Positions 23,897 to 35,978 are shown, numbered from the whole stretch's first letter. The stretch: 63,794 nt of DNA, filler included, from Rhabdomonas costata (GCA_019059605.1; 51 parts of 51 records of this genome joined end to end with filler, not necessarily neighbours in it); one strand, 5' to 3'. Translations and numbers: made by a program. The notes: generated by a model from the sequence alone, not told the origin.

Positions 23897-24369
23897 GGGG
23901 TTTCCGTTGAGCTGCAAGACTCCTTAATGACCAGTGTGGTATCCTCGCTGGAGAGCTTTGTGGACCGCAGTGAGGCCGTGGTGGAGGTCCTGATGACCTC
24001 CTTGCAGGCCAGCGGAGTCCTCGCTCAGGTGTTCGTGGATGTGGGAAGCTTGGCTGGGCTGCCGTGCCATTGACCGCGTTTTTTTGTTCTGCTCGGACAC
24101 TTTGCCGTGCGATCGTGGCCACATAATCGCGTTGCATTGTTCCGGTGGCCTAGTTTTGCATTGCGGTTTGGGTTGTTTGGCTTTCTCCCATCTTCAGCAT
24201 ACTGCTTGGCCAACTGGAGACTAGGAAGAGATGTCTGTATGTGATGGTTGTATGGGACTTCTGTTGCTTAGTTTCTTTTGGGTGGGTGGGCATTCAGGAT
24301 GGCTCCACTGTTGGGGACACCTTTGAGGTTGTGGGGAAGTACAGCGAAACGGTGTTCAGCATTGTGAAG
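23897..24369 (+). CDS. Two putative exons of an unknown protein
   Basis: ACAG|GVSVELQDSLMTSVVSSLESFVDRSEAVVEVLMTSLQ... and TTCAG|DGSTVGDTFEVVGKYSETVFSIVK. Donor sites are uncertain. Confidence 0.4.
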
Positions 24370-24657
24370 ATCACACCCTGGATCTTTTTCCTAACCGTCT
24401 CTCTGCTGTCCGACATTCGCAATGGGCACGTCCCCCCCCCCCGCCACTCCCTACGGCCTGTTTTTGCATGCGTACTGTGGGGTGGGATGCATCCGGTGCA
24501 TTGGTCTTGAGCAGCTGGACTTGTATCAAGAAGGCTTGGAGTTAGCATCTCTGCGCGGAGCAGTCGCCTTTCTCTCCAGAGAAGACAGCTGATTGCTCGA
24601 CTGAGGGATGATTCGAAAGTGCTACGTGTGAAGATACATAAGCAGAAGCATGCAGAA

Positions 24658-24739
24658 GCATTTTCCTATTCGAAGCCGAAATGGAAGTTATCTCTGGCAT
24701 TTTCCTATTCTGGAGAAGTCGAAATGGAAGTTATCTCTG
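24658..24739 (+). repeat. Two-copy ~40-bp tandem duplication
   Basis: GCATTTTCCTATTC...GAAG(C/T)CGAAATGGAAGTTATCTCTG occurs twice. Confidence 0.85.
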
Positions 24740-25058
24740 CCAAAATCTACCAAGAGACATATGCTTCGGAGCCATTCTTGCCAGCTTATTTGGAACATGT
24801 CTGGCTTGGCTCTGACCTCCGTTTCAGAACATGTTTGTACCTCGCCTCGCGGTCCCTCGTTTCTGCTTCTTCTGCGGCATCGTGTGTGAACACTTCCTGT
24901 TTGCTCCCGGCACACGATTGACGCCGCGCACAGTTCCCTCCGAACAAGGAAGCCGAACNNNNNNNNNNNNNNNNNNNNNNNNNNNNNNNNNNNNNNNNNN
25001 NNTTAATTAATTAANNNNNNNNNNNNNNNNNNNNNNNNNNNNNNNNNNNNNNNNNNNN

Positions 25059-26159
25059 CCCTGCCGCTCTCCATTGACAGCCCCGCTCAGCCTCGATCAG
25101 CACAACCTTCCTTCTGAGAATCTCCAGCTGTGCGACAGAGCCATCGAAAAATATAAGAAGAGCGAAAAAAAAAAGTATGAAAAAAACAGAAGAGACCAGA
25201 AACAACTAAAAAGAACGAATGAAAGAACGAACGAACGAACAAACAGACAAACAGACAAACGAAACCAAAAAGAAGAAGCAAAAAACTGTGCAAGCCACAG
25301 CTTCCAATCCGAAGCACGCATCACGAAAGTGAGAGTCGATCCCCTGTGGTCATGTGCTCAGCGCCCTCTCATGCTTCATTGCTCGTGTGCGGAAAAAGCG
25401 ATCTAGGGTGCTCAGCCTATTACAAACAAATGAGGAGCAAGACGCAAAAGCAGAGAGGGGGGATGGCTGCCTCCCTCCCCACTACTGTGCTCACACCTTG
25501 CTCTCAAGCGCATGCTGCTCCCTCGTCGCGTCGCGGACTTGGTTCTGGTGGTCCTCCAGGAACTCGCACCATGCCTTCTTGTCGAAGGCCTTCTCCCCAG
25601 AAGCAGAGGCCACGCTTTTGCCCAAGGCTGCGGCCCCAACCACCCAGTGAAGGGAAAGAAGGTCCGCCGAGAAAAAACTAATGGGATGCGCACAGGTCTG
25701 TTGTCCAAGGTGGACACCGAACGTTAAAGTGGCGACAGGCGTCCTTATGATGTGACTTCAACATGGGAAGGAGTGCAATGGGGTTTGTGGACCCTCAGCT
25801 TTGGCTCAGCGGCCGGAACACCACCAGACTACGCCAGTGTGGAGAGGAGGACAGCGGTACCCTTTAGCCATGCACGCGGTGCTGCACCCTTCACCAGTCT
25901 TCGGAAATGCTTTGGACGTAAGTCTGACGCCGGCTTTTCAACGGCCTGTGCTGTCCACTTTCGCTCTCTGTGGTGCAAAGAGACCATTTCGGAGCACCCC
26001 CATCATTTGAAAGGCTCTCGGACGAAGTTCTCGAATAAACTCACAACACTTGAGGGCATCACAAACACAAATATCACAACCTGAGATGAGCTCCAGCTTG
26101 TGTTTGCAAAGCTTGATTGCATCCTGCATTTCCTCCTCCTCTTGCTTCAGGCGTTCCAA
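25059..26159 (-). CDS. Three exons of a coiled-coil protein
   Basis: Exons 26159-26081, 25627-25497 and 25127-<25059 join in frame through GT-AG introns: LERLKQEEEEMQDAIKLCKHKLELIS-A-LGKSVASASGEKAFDKKAWCEFLEDHQNQVRDATREQHALESK-LEILRRKVVLIEAERG. Confidence 0.7.
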
Positions 26160-27945
26160 CTGCGCAAGCACAATGCCCACTCACTCAGTAAACCCTCCTC
26201 CCACGAAGTAANNNNNNNNNNNNNNNNNNNNNNNNNNNNNNNNNNNNNNNNNNNNTTAATTAATTAANNNNNNNNNNNNNNNNNNNNNNNNNNNNNNNNN
26301 NNNNNNNNNNNGGTTTGTGTGAACAACTTCTAAATGTATTCATTATAGCACATTGGTCTTAGGTGTACTGCTTTTCCCCCTAGAAAGACATATTTTAATT
26401 TGAGGAGGGTTAGGAAATTTATGACCGTTTAGCAGTGCTAAACGTTAAAAGCCCCCCTCTCCCCGAAAAAATACACGAGGCCCCTTCAGTGCAATCCAAC
26501 TGTCCCTAAGTCAACGAAGAAAACGTCTCGCCTGCAAACGCAGGAATTTTTTTCGCTTCCTCAGCGGTGACCGCGCCCCACACGGCCTCGTACACCCCAA
26601 GCACGGTGTCCAGGAGGGTGTTGTGAAGCGGAACGTTCCTGTCCCAGTCCGACGGTCCTTCAGCCAGATCAAACCTACTCATTCGGCACGGATCGATGCG
26701 CCGTGCTGCCCCCAGATTGTGACGGACTCCTCAAAATGGTGTGAGGCGGAAGAGCCTGGGCATCAGCCCTCACCCGGAGACATGGAGGTCTGATCCAGGC
26801 TGCATGTTTGTAATCTACCCCCTTGTGGTTAGATCGTTAAATCCTCCTATCCTTTTCAGCTGCTCTTGCTTTGTAACACCAATGTACACATTCCCCGGTA
26901 TCCTCTGTCGATCACTGAACCCGGCTGTGCGAATCTTTGCTTGGTTGTTTTCCACCTCCATGGTTTTTTGAGTCTCATTTTCTCGAATTCGCGTTGTCCC
27001 TTTGTTTTGTGAGCTTGCACGCGCAAGTGCCTTTGTTAGGACTGCGCCACGGTTTTGCTCGACGACGGATTGGCTCTTTATCATGGAAAGGACGAAGGTT
27101 GGTGCATCGTGCACCTGCATCGGTTGTGTGTCCTGAGCTGCCAGTAGTTACCTCCCTGCAATAGCCCTCCCTTCTTGTTTACGGATACATCTTTTTTAGG
27201 AGGCGAGGGAGAGAGGTCCTTGGCGATTGCCGCCTTGGCGTTGCGGCCCCTCCAGGTCATTTTTTGCTTGGCGCGATCATCCCCTGCTGCACACCCTGTG
27301 CCAACTGAGCATGTCGGTCGTCACATTCCGGGCCAGTGGACCTGTGATCTCCTCAACAGTCGATGGCTCAAGGTTATGCTTGAGTGCGGGGTGCGACGGG
27401 CGACCGTGCTCGGTCTGCCAAGCCTTGATTTGATTTGCCTCAACCCCACCCCCCCCCCCACCCCNNNNNNNNNNNNNNNNNNNNNNNNNNNNNNNNNNNN
27501 NNNNNNNNTTAATTAATTAANNNNNNNNNNNNNNNNNNNNNNNNNNNNNNNNNNNNNNNNNNNNGGTTTTGTGTTGTTGTTGTGTCTACGTGAAGTGTGT
27601 GTGTGTGTGCGTGTGTGCAGGAGTGGGGATCTTCTGTATGCTGATTATTTTCTGGTCCCATGAAAACACAGTATTCGACAGGGCAGAAAGCTTCAACGAC
27701 GTTAACGATCAACGCGTATGTGACATGATCCTTACGGCGGGTGATAGAAAAGAAAATTTTCAAGATAAGGCGCCCCCAAAACACAAACTTGAGAGACGAG
27801 GCGGATCTGACCCGCTCACATTTGACCCTCGGTGCAGCAGCGTGCCTATAAGGTGGGCTTGCCGAAGCCAGGCGTGCCAACAACTTGGGCACAAGCCGGC
27901 TGGTGCATTCGCTCGGGTCAACCCCCACCCACTCTGCCCACACAC

Positions 27946-28626
27946 CAGCAGGAGCCGGAACTCGCAGCGCTCCACGTAGTCGTCGCCTCGGCTGTGCCCC
28001 CCTTTGTGCTTGTGCACCTTCTTCGCGGCTTGGAAGGCTCGCATGATCACGGGCTTCTGGTCGAAAATCGCTGCAAGCTGCAGTCCAAGCAAAACAGTAG
28101 GTACAGAAATGGAGCTATAAAAAAGATGACTCTGAAAAGGCACTGCCTTCCGCGGCACGCTGCAAGGGAATTGCAAAACGGGCTGCCGAAGCGAATATAA
28201 GTAACTTACACAAGCTCGGTGAAGCGCAGCAGAATCTTGTCAGATGACTAGAGAGCAAAGCCAAGGGCAGTATACGACATCAAGCAAAAGTGCGTCCTCC
28301 AGTGAAATATGGACCATAAAGGCACTGTTTCCGCGGAGAACCTATGGCGGCCAGGGCCATTGCATTGTTCTTCTGGAGACCGTCAGCAGTTTTGCGTCTC
28401 GGGCGGCCAACGCCGAACGAACGAAGGAAGGCAGACAACGCATTCGACAGAAGGATAACAGCAGTACGTGGAGGATGGGCCCGAGGCCGCGGTCCACCTC
28501 GGCCAGGCTCAGGTACCCGTTGCCGTTGGGGTCGAAGAGGGTGAAAAGTTCCGCCCGCTTGGCCTTCGCCTCGGGGGTCCTCTCCGTGGGCAGCTTGGCC
28601 CGAATCTCGGCCCAGTTCACGCTCAT
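27946..28626 (-). CDS. FCaBP: Flagellar calcium-binding protein (calflagin/FCaBP-like EF-hand protein), exons 1-2
   Basis: Exon 28626-28468 MSVNWAEIRAKLPTERTPEAKAKRAELFTLFDPNGNGYLSLAEVDRGLGPILH and exon 28077-27946 LAAIFDQKPVIMRAFQAAK...DDYVERCEFRLLL follow the FCaBP pattern. Phase-0 GT-AG intron. Confidence 0.9.
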
Positions 28627-29059
28627 CTTTGAATCTTTGCGGTGGTGATTCTAATTATCTGAAACCGGAAAAGAAGCTCTTGGAGATCGAAAATGAAGAA
28701 AACGGAACCACCACAACNNNNNNNNNNNNNNNNNNNNNNNNNNNNNNNNNNNNNNNNNNNNTTAATTAATTAANNNNNNNNNNNNNNNNNNNNNNNNNNN
28801 NNNNNNNNNNNNNNNNNATTGCCCCCTGTTTTTCAGTAGCACATCGGAGGGGCACAGTGCACAGGGGCTTAAGTTTAGTGTTTGGTGTACCTACAATGAC
28901 ATGCCCGTGAGGACATTGTCTGTTCATTTTCCATTTTTTTCAAGCTTCTGCAGATGGAAGGACGCTTATTTAAATTACAATCTTCCGGGGATGGGCGCCT
29001 CTTGCAGGGGTGCGGCCGCTTCCTCCCAGTCGTTCGTGTTTCTCACGTTCTTCGTACAG

Positions 29060-29167
29060 GAGGTGTTGTTTGAGTTCAATACGTACTTCAAAGTCAATCG
29101 AAAGCTTGGCCCAGCGATGAAGAAATTCTTTCAGCAGAAGCTGGGCTATTGCCTGGACCGCGTCGAG
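29060..29167 (+). CDS. Exon encoding the C-terminal catalytic strand of an ART-family ADP-ribosyltransferase (EVLFEFNTYFKV...)
   Basis: Pyrimidine tract plus ACAG acceptor, GAG|GTAAGT donor, 36 codons. EVL...NT.FKV is the ART motif that begins at the catalytic Glu. Confidence 0.75.
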
Positions 29168-29245
29168 GTAAGTGGTCTGTGGGTGTGCCTGTGGTGTAAG
29201 CTGGAGTGTGCTTTCTGGGAGTAAAAAGACTTTCATTCATTTCGT

Positions 29246-29321
29246 TGACGCAACTCTTCATCTAAGTATCCTACAGCCCCCTCATCCGGGCTGTAGGATA
29301 CTTAGATGAAGAGTTGCGTCA
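29246..29321. repeat. Perfect 34-bp inverted repeat with 8-nt loop
   Basis: TGACGCAACTCTTCATCTAAGTATCCTACAGCCC (29246-79) and its reverse complement (29288-321). Confidence 0.97.
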
Positions 29322-29468
29322 TCGAAAAAAAGAGAGGAACTTCACGCATGCGGACGCGGCGACAATCCAAAAGAAAGGGAACGAACGGGGACGGGTTCCA
29401 TTGGGGCAACTCACTGCAAAAAAGCATTCCGACAATGAGTATTCCGTGTGGAAGGGGTGAGTGCAGGC

Positions 29469-29663
29469 CTTCTCTTTCGGAAGCGCGGAAAGCCCCGAGA
29501 TCTCATGACCCCGGCTCTGGCCATCAGGTAGGGGGATGATCATGAACATCGTCCCGTCGGTCTTCCCATCGGCGCCCTTGAAGAATTGCTGCGCAACCTC
29601 GGGGTCTATCGTGGTTGAGGAGAAGGCCGACCATACCACATAATGCCCTTCCCGGTACAGCGT
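29469..29663 (-). CDS. Exon encoding the core of an R-S-E clade (NAD:arginine-type) ADP-ribosyltransferase
   Basis: TLYREGHYVVWSAFSSTTIDPEVAQQFFKGADGKTDGTMFMII...GHEISGLSALPKEK contains the W..FSST, A..F, GT.F.I and I..LS..P.E motifs. TTTTCCGCAG acceptor. The apparent donor is AAG|GCCTGC. Confidence 0.85.
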
Positions 29664-31324
29664 CTGCGGAAAAGCGTAGTCAGCATCCACATCCAGGCAA
29701 GAGGATAGAGCAAGAACAAATCTCTCACAGGCTGAGGAAATCTCAGGAAAAAGCCCTAAGACCTCCCAAGCGGTGCACTGGACGATGGATTAGGTAACCA
29801 GTCCCCCGCCCCCAACTTCCGTTGCACCGACCTCCCCAATGTGGGACTGGGGTTGACAGGCGGGATAGATCGGTCCGTGCGAAACCCCAGAAGGGCTTTT
29901 AACATCAAAATATGAGGATGACATTCACCTATCTGCTCCAGTGAAGTGCAGAGCAATCACCACCCCCAACNNNNNNNNNNNNNNNNNNNNNNNNNNNNNN
30001 NNNNNNNNNNNNNNTTAATTAATTAANNNNNNNNNNNNNNNNNNNNNNNNNNNNNNNNNNNNNNNNNNNNTGTGTTGGGTGTGGGTGGTGTGGTTGTTGT
30101 AGAAGGGTAGCGATTTTGTTGGTGGTTACATGAGGTGAGAGCACGAGGTTGACAAACGAAGGAAGCAAAGTTGTATGTGGGGTTCGTTGATTGGAGAGGA
30201 GGCGGGGAAGTGTTGAGGCGAAGGTGATGAGTGGCTCTGCCCGTGGTCAGAAAAAATGTGATTGCAATCATTGGAGTGAATCCCATTGGACTTGGTCAAA
30301 GCCTGAGAACACGGCTTTATGAAGTCCGGAAGACTTTGCTGCCCTTGCAGGAAGAAATCCCCACGGCTCGACGTAAGGTTTTTTCTCTGTTCGGCAATAA
30401 GCCTCCCTCAAGCGAAGAATTGTGGTGCAGAGTGATGGCGTGAAAGCTTTCGAGAGCTCGCGGGGGCGCTCAGGACGAAAAGGTCAGTTGGGCACGCGGT
30501 TATGTCCATGTGGGGACTACGAATTGGAGAAAGCGCCGAGGTTGTCAGAAAAGCCTCATCATCGTTGACAGCCTTTTCCAAGTCTTTCTGCAAAATGAGC
30601 TATTCGACCCTCTCCGAGCGCTTTTCTACATTGGGGAGAACGCCACGACGAAATGTGAAGGAAAGTTTCTCGCCAAATGGAAATGTGGAGCGTTCAAGGC
30701 AGCTTTTTGATCGGAACCAGCGACGCTATCAGCAGGTATTATGTTAATGATGTTCTCTAATGTGCGCTTTCACTGATGGGGCTGTTGGGGACCGCTTGCC
30801 CATGTTCTGCACTGTGGCGCTCATCTTTGCAGTTGTCCTGATGGCAGCATCTTTGCTGCCTTTTAGCCGAGAGGTTTCTGCGTATAACTGAATGAATTTT
30901 TCAGAGCGGCAAGTTCACTACCACAGCCCACCAGAGATCGGCCCGCCACTGACTGTACTTGAGGGTTGATTTCCTCCTTTCCTCGGCACAGGCCGATTAG
31001 GGCCGAGCCTGAGCGCCTTCATTCACAAAAGTCGCTGGGCTGCGATTGTTATCTCACCTTTCCGAGTTTCCATTCCGGCCAGCGCATAGCTGGGCAGGTT
31101 GTGAAGTTAATGAACATAAAAAGGCTGATTTCCCCGTTTGTCCCCTTCAGGTGAATAGCATTCGGAGCCGTCCACAGCCCCAACCGGCACATGCTGTTCC
31201 TGAACGCGTGATTCGCCCTGCTCNNNNNNNNNNNNNNNNNNNNNNNNNNNNNNNNNNNNNNNNNNNNTTAATTAATTAANNNNNNNNNNNNNNNNNNNNN
31301 NNNNNNNNNNNNNNNNNNNNNNNT

Positions 31325-32434
31325 TTGGGTAGATTCGTTCAGTTTTACTGGATTTCTTCCCCTTTTTTTACGTATGAGCTCTTCGAGGGCTGTCAGGACC
31401 CGCAGTGCTCACAGGACGAGACAGACGCGTACGTGCAGGCTACCCCGTTCTGCTTCTTCCTTGGGATCCCAACCCGCGGCGGCACCGAGGGTCCATTGAA
31501 GAGCTCCGGGGATTACAACGAGGGGCCTGTTTTCTGCCGAACGGTGGATCTTCAGGCCGTGGAAGCGGCAGTGGTCAGCATCGCCCAGGCTTATTCCCGT
31601 AGCCTTCGAGAGAAGATTTGGGAGGCCAGCGGGAGAAAGGAGGCCCTGGGTCGCCTTCCAGGTAGCCTTCTCTCCCGCGTGGTTGCTCCACTGGAGGCAT
31701 TGAACGCCGAAGATCTCCAGGATTGGGCATCCGCGGTCAACGAGCTTCGGGATCTGCAGTCCTGTTCCTTCCTGTGGGCGGCCGAAGGCGAAGTTACGGA
31801 CTGGGGGTGTCTCTATCGCCTCTTCACGGAATCCTCGGATTGGCTATGGTCCACCGCAGTGTTCTTCGTCTCCTCCGTCTCCCCAGAGACGATGCAGAGT
31901 GTCTGCAAGCTATATGACGACATGGACGAAGACCAGGACGAGGACGAGAAAGCAGATGGCTCCGACGACCCCAAGTGCTCCAACGATCGTTGCATTCCGC
32001 CATTTGAAATTCGCGAGGTGATCCTTCTCCGTGACAACCAGGTGGCCTCAGGAGAACGCCCAGTCGCCGCCTTTCTTCGCTGCTGTCACCAGGAGGACGC
32101 CACCGATGTATTTATCTTCCACTTCTTCGGAAAAGCACCGGCACAGATGGCGACAACCCTTGTGCAAGCTGAGATCATCCCAGCGGGGGTTCTCTGGAAG
32201 GCCGGTGGGGCCGTCTTGCAGGAAACTCTGCGGGCTTTTCCTTCCGCCCAGGCCGGGGGGCAGATCCTTGCCCAAAGCCGGACCTTCTCGCTTGGTCCCA
32301 CTTGGGTGCTTGACAACGCCCTCACCGACTCGCTGTTGGGGCATCTCGCCTTGCCTGGCGAATCCCAGGCTGGGGTTTCCCGTCGGCCTTTTTCGGAGGA
32401 GCAAACTTTGATTTCCATCGGTGAAAGCGAGTAA
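31325..32434 (+). CDS. Long uninterrupted ORF (369 aa, 5'-truncated), unknown protein with an acidic tract
   Basis: The open frame spans nearly the whole contig, has protein-like composition and includes DDMDEDQDEDEKADGSDD. No family recognised. Confidence 0.7.
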   Translation: MGRFVQFYWISSPFFTYELFEGCQDPQCSQDETDAYVQATPFCFFLGIPTRGGTEGPLKSSGDYNEGPVFCRTVDLQAVEAAVVSIAQAYSRSLREKIWEASGRKEALGRLPGSLLSRVVAPLEALNAEDLQDWASAVNELRDLQSCSFLWAAEGEVTDWGCLYRLFTESSDWLWSTAVFFVSSVSPETMQSVCKLYDDMDEDQDEDEKADGSDDPKCSNDRCIPPFEIREVILLRDNQVASGERPVAAFLRCCHQEDATDVFIFHFFGKAPAQMATTLVQAEIIPAGVLWKAGGAVLQETLRAFPSAQAGGQILAQSRTFSLGPTWVLDNALTDSLLGHLALPGESQAGVSRRPFSEEQTLISIGESE

Positions 32435-32938
32435 GGCAATGTTCCCAATTCCCGACTAATAAAAGTCAACCCAAAANNNNNNNNNNNNNNNNNNNNNNNN
32501 NNNNNNNNNNNNNNNNNNNNTTAATTAATTAANNNNNNNNNNNNNNNNNNNNNNNNNNNNNNNNNNNNNNNNNNNNTTTTGGTGGGCATCAGAGAGCCAT
32601 TGGCTCCTTTCGCGAGGATAGAGGCAGGTGGGTTTTTTGTGCGTTGTGGGTGTCGATAACCCTCCGCTGCATTGGGGAGAACGGATTTAGGAAATTCACG
32701 GCTGGATACCGGCCTGAGTGTGCAAGGACCGGCCTGCGCGTTGTTTTGGAGGCCCTTTGTGCTTGAAAAGACCCAATTCACTAATGTGCAGTTCTATTTC
32801 AAGCCCTGTGAGAGGCTTGCTGTGAAAGTTTCAGTGTGGACCGGGTCCGGGAGTCTCCACTCCTCCGCCCTTGAATTTGAATCCTGCACGTGGCTTATTT
32901 TGTGTCCTGTCACCGGAACTCTTTCTTGATTTTCCCAG

Positions 32939-33717
32939 GGATCCCCACCTGGATGTCCCTCTGCAGCAATACGGCAACTGGAGCGTTGTTGTGCTGGGGG
33001 GTGCGCAGTGGATGGCCAAGGTTTGCGCACTTCTGGGGCCTTATGGACAGTTGTGGTGAGCATGCACCCCAGGGCTCCTTTTGGTTTGGTTGACTGGGAC
33101 CGTACATATTTTTGTACCTTGTAAAAGAAACGCCCCCCGTTTCTTCCACTCCCAGGGTTTTGTGGCGTTGTTTCGTGCTTCTCTGTACCTGTGTCGTGGA
33201 CCAAGCTATAGAACGGTGTTGGCACACCTCAGCTGGATGGATATTTTTGTACATATTTGTATATGTTTGCGCGCGAAAGAAAAACATGGAGAAGAAGGGG
33301 AAAAACGGGAAAGAAAAGGGGAAGAAAAGAAAATGTGTCCTGTGAAGACGCACGCAGCCTGGGTGCTCGCACGGGGCGGGGGTTGGATCCTAGAGCACTG
33401 TCAGGTGCCGTGGGATGCCGGCTCACCACAAGACAGCCCCCTCCCCCAGTCCCGCGGGCTTTAAGGAAAACACGCATGCACCCCTTTCCCAAGTCAAAAA
33501 CACACATCTCCTTCGCGGGAAAACATTTCGCTTGAGACAGCAAATTAAGTCTCCATGTGGAAGTGAATTACGGCGTAAACTTGTGGTCGCTGAGCCACTT
33601 TCTTCTTTTTTTTTTCGCCTTAGTTGTCTCATCCGCTCACAGGAAAACTGGTTCTACTCAACATACAAAAGCTGGCTCCTCAACAAGACGGCGCAAATTC
33701 GTGCGCTGCAGAAGCGG
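32939..33717 (+). CDS. Two putative exons of an unknown protein
   Basis: CCAG|DPHLDVPLQQYGNWSVVVLGGAQWMAK|GTTTGC and ACAG|ENWFYSTYKSWLLNKTAQIRALQKR|GTGTGC join in phase 0. Confidence 0.5.
33345..33437 (+). repeat. Dispersed ~90-bp structured repeat, copy 1 (intronic)
   Basis: Shares a 21-nt identical core GCAGCCTGGGTGCTCGCACGG and downstream blocks with 45865-45948. Confidence 0.85.
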
Positions 33718-34370
33718 GTGTGCTTCCATNNNNNNNNNNNNNNNNNNNNNNNNNNNNNNNNNNNNNNNNNNNNTTAATTAATTAANNNNNNNNNNNNNNN
33801 NNNNNNNNNNNNNNNNNNNNNNNNNNNNNGGGTGGGGTGGGGGCTACTGATCTCAGGTATAAAACCAATAAAAAGGCTGGGGCCATATCAAAAGTGAGGA
33901 CCGAAAAACTACAGCAACTGCTGCGAGCACGTTTCACAAAACATCGGTATATCCCAGAGAAAGCAACCTGAACTTAGGAGCTTCGATTGCACAAGAAGCA
34001 AACGCTGCTGATATGGTTTACTTGATACTTTTATATATAAAAATCACCTACAGCCCCTGTAACCCCTCCTCCCCCTCCAAAAGAAAACACATTTTCTTCT
34101 TTTTACGGCGGCACGGGAAGATCACAGGGAGGTCGCAAAAAAAAAGCAGAGAGGAAAGATTGCAAATACAGTGAGTCCTGAAATCCAACAGGCAAAATAC
34201 TCGGGACAGGTTTAAGGAATACCAAAGCGACATCGAGATATAATCGGCAACCCAAGAAACTCACGACACAAAGGTCAGGCCCTCAACAGCCCCGCATATC
34301 CAATTTCAAGGCAACGTTCTCCACGCTCCACGCACCAATCACCACATTGCGTCAGATGTGTGGGGCACAC

Positions 34371-34454
34371 TTTGCCCTGAACAGTGGTCTTGAATGTGCT
34401 CAGCGAGCGCAGGCCAGCCCGAAGGGCACGGCTCCCGAGCCGACTGGAGAGCAT
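34371..34454 (-). CDS. First exon with a mitochondrial-targeting-like peptide (MLSSRLGSRALRAGLRSLSTFKTTVQGK)
   Basis: Arg/Leu/Ser-rich, acid-free N-terminus. Pyrimidine-rich leader. GTGTGC donor. Confidence 0.6.
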
Positions 34455-35204
34455 TGTTGGAAGAGGGAGAGAGGAAGAAGGTGAGCGAGCGACGAGAAGG
34501 AGCCGCGCGGCTTGTACAAAACAGTGAGGGGGAAGGCGGACGCGGGGGATAGAGTAAAGCAAGCAAGCAGCAGCTGCAGTGGTGGGGAAAGCGCATTCCC
34601 AGCCAGGAAAGAAATGGATGAAGGAAACAGCAAGGCAGCGAAAAACCAAGCCAGGTGGGATTCATTCCCTACTCTGTGTTCTGGAAACATTTTCTGCTCT
34701 GCAACCCCTCGGAACTCATATGCGCTGGGACAGTTCCTGGCAGCGCTGACGTGCAAGAGAACATTTTGTAGTTGCACAACCGAAAATGAGAAAAAAAAAC
34801 AGATTTTGGTCACTTGTCGCCTCCCCACCCCCACCCAGTGCACCCTCGCAGTGTACCCGGGGCATCCCACGCATGTCAGGTCAAAGGTATTACATAGACA
34901 CACTGAAACGAAGGCAGTGCAAGTGCATACATGTACAATGGCAAACCCCCGAAAAAGCAAAACACCATGCACACAACCAACANNNNNNNNNNNNNNNNNN
35001 NNNNNNNNNNNNNNNNNNNNNNNNNNTTAATTAATTAANNNNNNNNNNNNNNNNNNNNNNNNNNNNNNNNNNNNNNNNNNNNTGGTTTTCCCCGTGTGCA
35101 CGGGGAGGCGACCGACGGGGGCCGCCATCACACACATGGCGCCTTGGCGCGTTGTGCTGTGGCGTGTCCTTGTGCTGCTTGTTCTGCACACCTGTTGGTT
35201 TTTA

Positions 35205-35231
35205 ACACACACACACACACACACACACACA
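35205..35231 (+). repeat. (CA)n microsatellite
   Basis: About 13 consecutive AC units. Confidence 0.9.
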
Positions 35232-35978
35232 CCAAAAACAAGGCATTGGTTTGGTGGAGATCTCTTCTGCTTGCAGTGGGTCGTCGAAACTGCTCAAGCA
35301 GCCTGACCGGGTGCGGATCACCGCTTTGCTGCTGATTGGAATTTTTCTTGGGAAAATCTCATCGGGGCATTAAACCTCGGTTCTTGGGACGCTCCAGCCC
35401 TCAAAGCATAGATACACACGTGCAAACTTCGGCGTTCGACGTGCAACGAAGCGAGGGGGAAGGGATAGCCCGCAACCTTCTTTTCACCCACATACCATTC
35501 ATGACCACAATACGAACGCGGCACACACACTTCTTGCACAAGACGTGGTTTTGGTGGAGGTCTTTTCTGCCACTAGATGGACTTTGGAATACTCTCCCCC
35601 CTCTGCCTGGCCGCTTCTCGGGGTACGAATCACAGCATCTCGATCTCGGCACACACACATACATGCTCACACTCCCTCCCTCCCTCCCTCCCTCACTCTC
35701 TCTCTCTACAGTCCCTACACTTCCACTGAGGGCACCTTTCGCTCGCCCATCTCTCTTTGAGTCCTTGAACCATTATTCCCCCCACTGGTGTTGCTCGGTT
35801 TTGGTGGCTTGAATCACCCAGTTCGCGTGCAAAAATACCGCTGGCTACGTACGTGAATGAGACTCAAAGACACCAACGAGAAAAGCTTCTCAGAAATCGC
35901 TTTGCATCTTTTTCCGGGCTTCAGAATCTCACCCTCTGCAACTGTGCCTTGTGTCTTTGTGGGGTGGGTCATCATCAC

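Noticed and set aside
30408-30750. Possible stop-codon reassignment suggested by frames interrupted by single TAG/TGA codons
   Set aside because: All confidently identified exons translate without in-frame stops in the standard code, and the interrupted frames have no recognisable homology.
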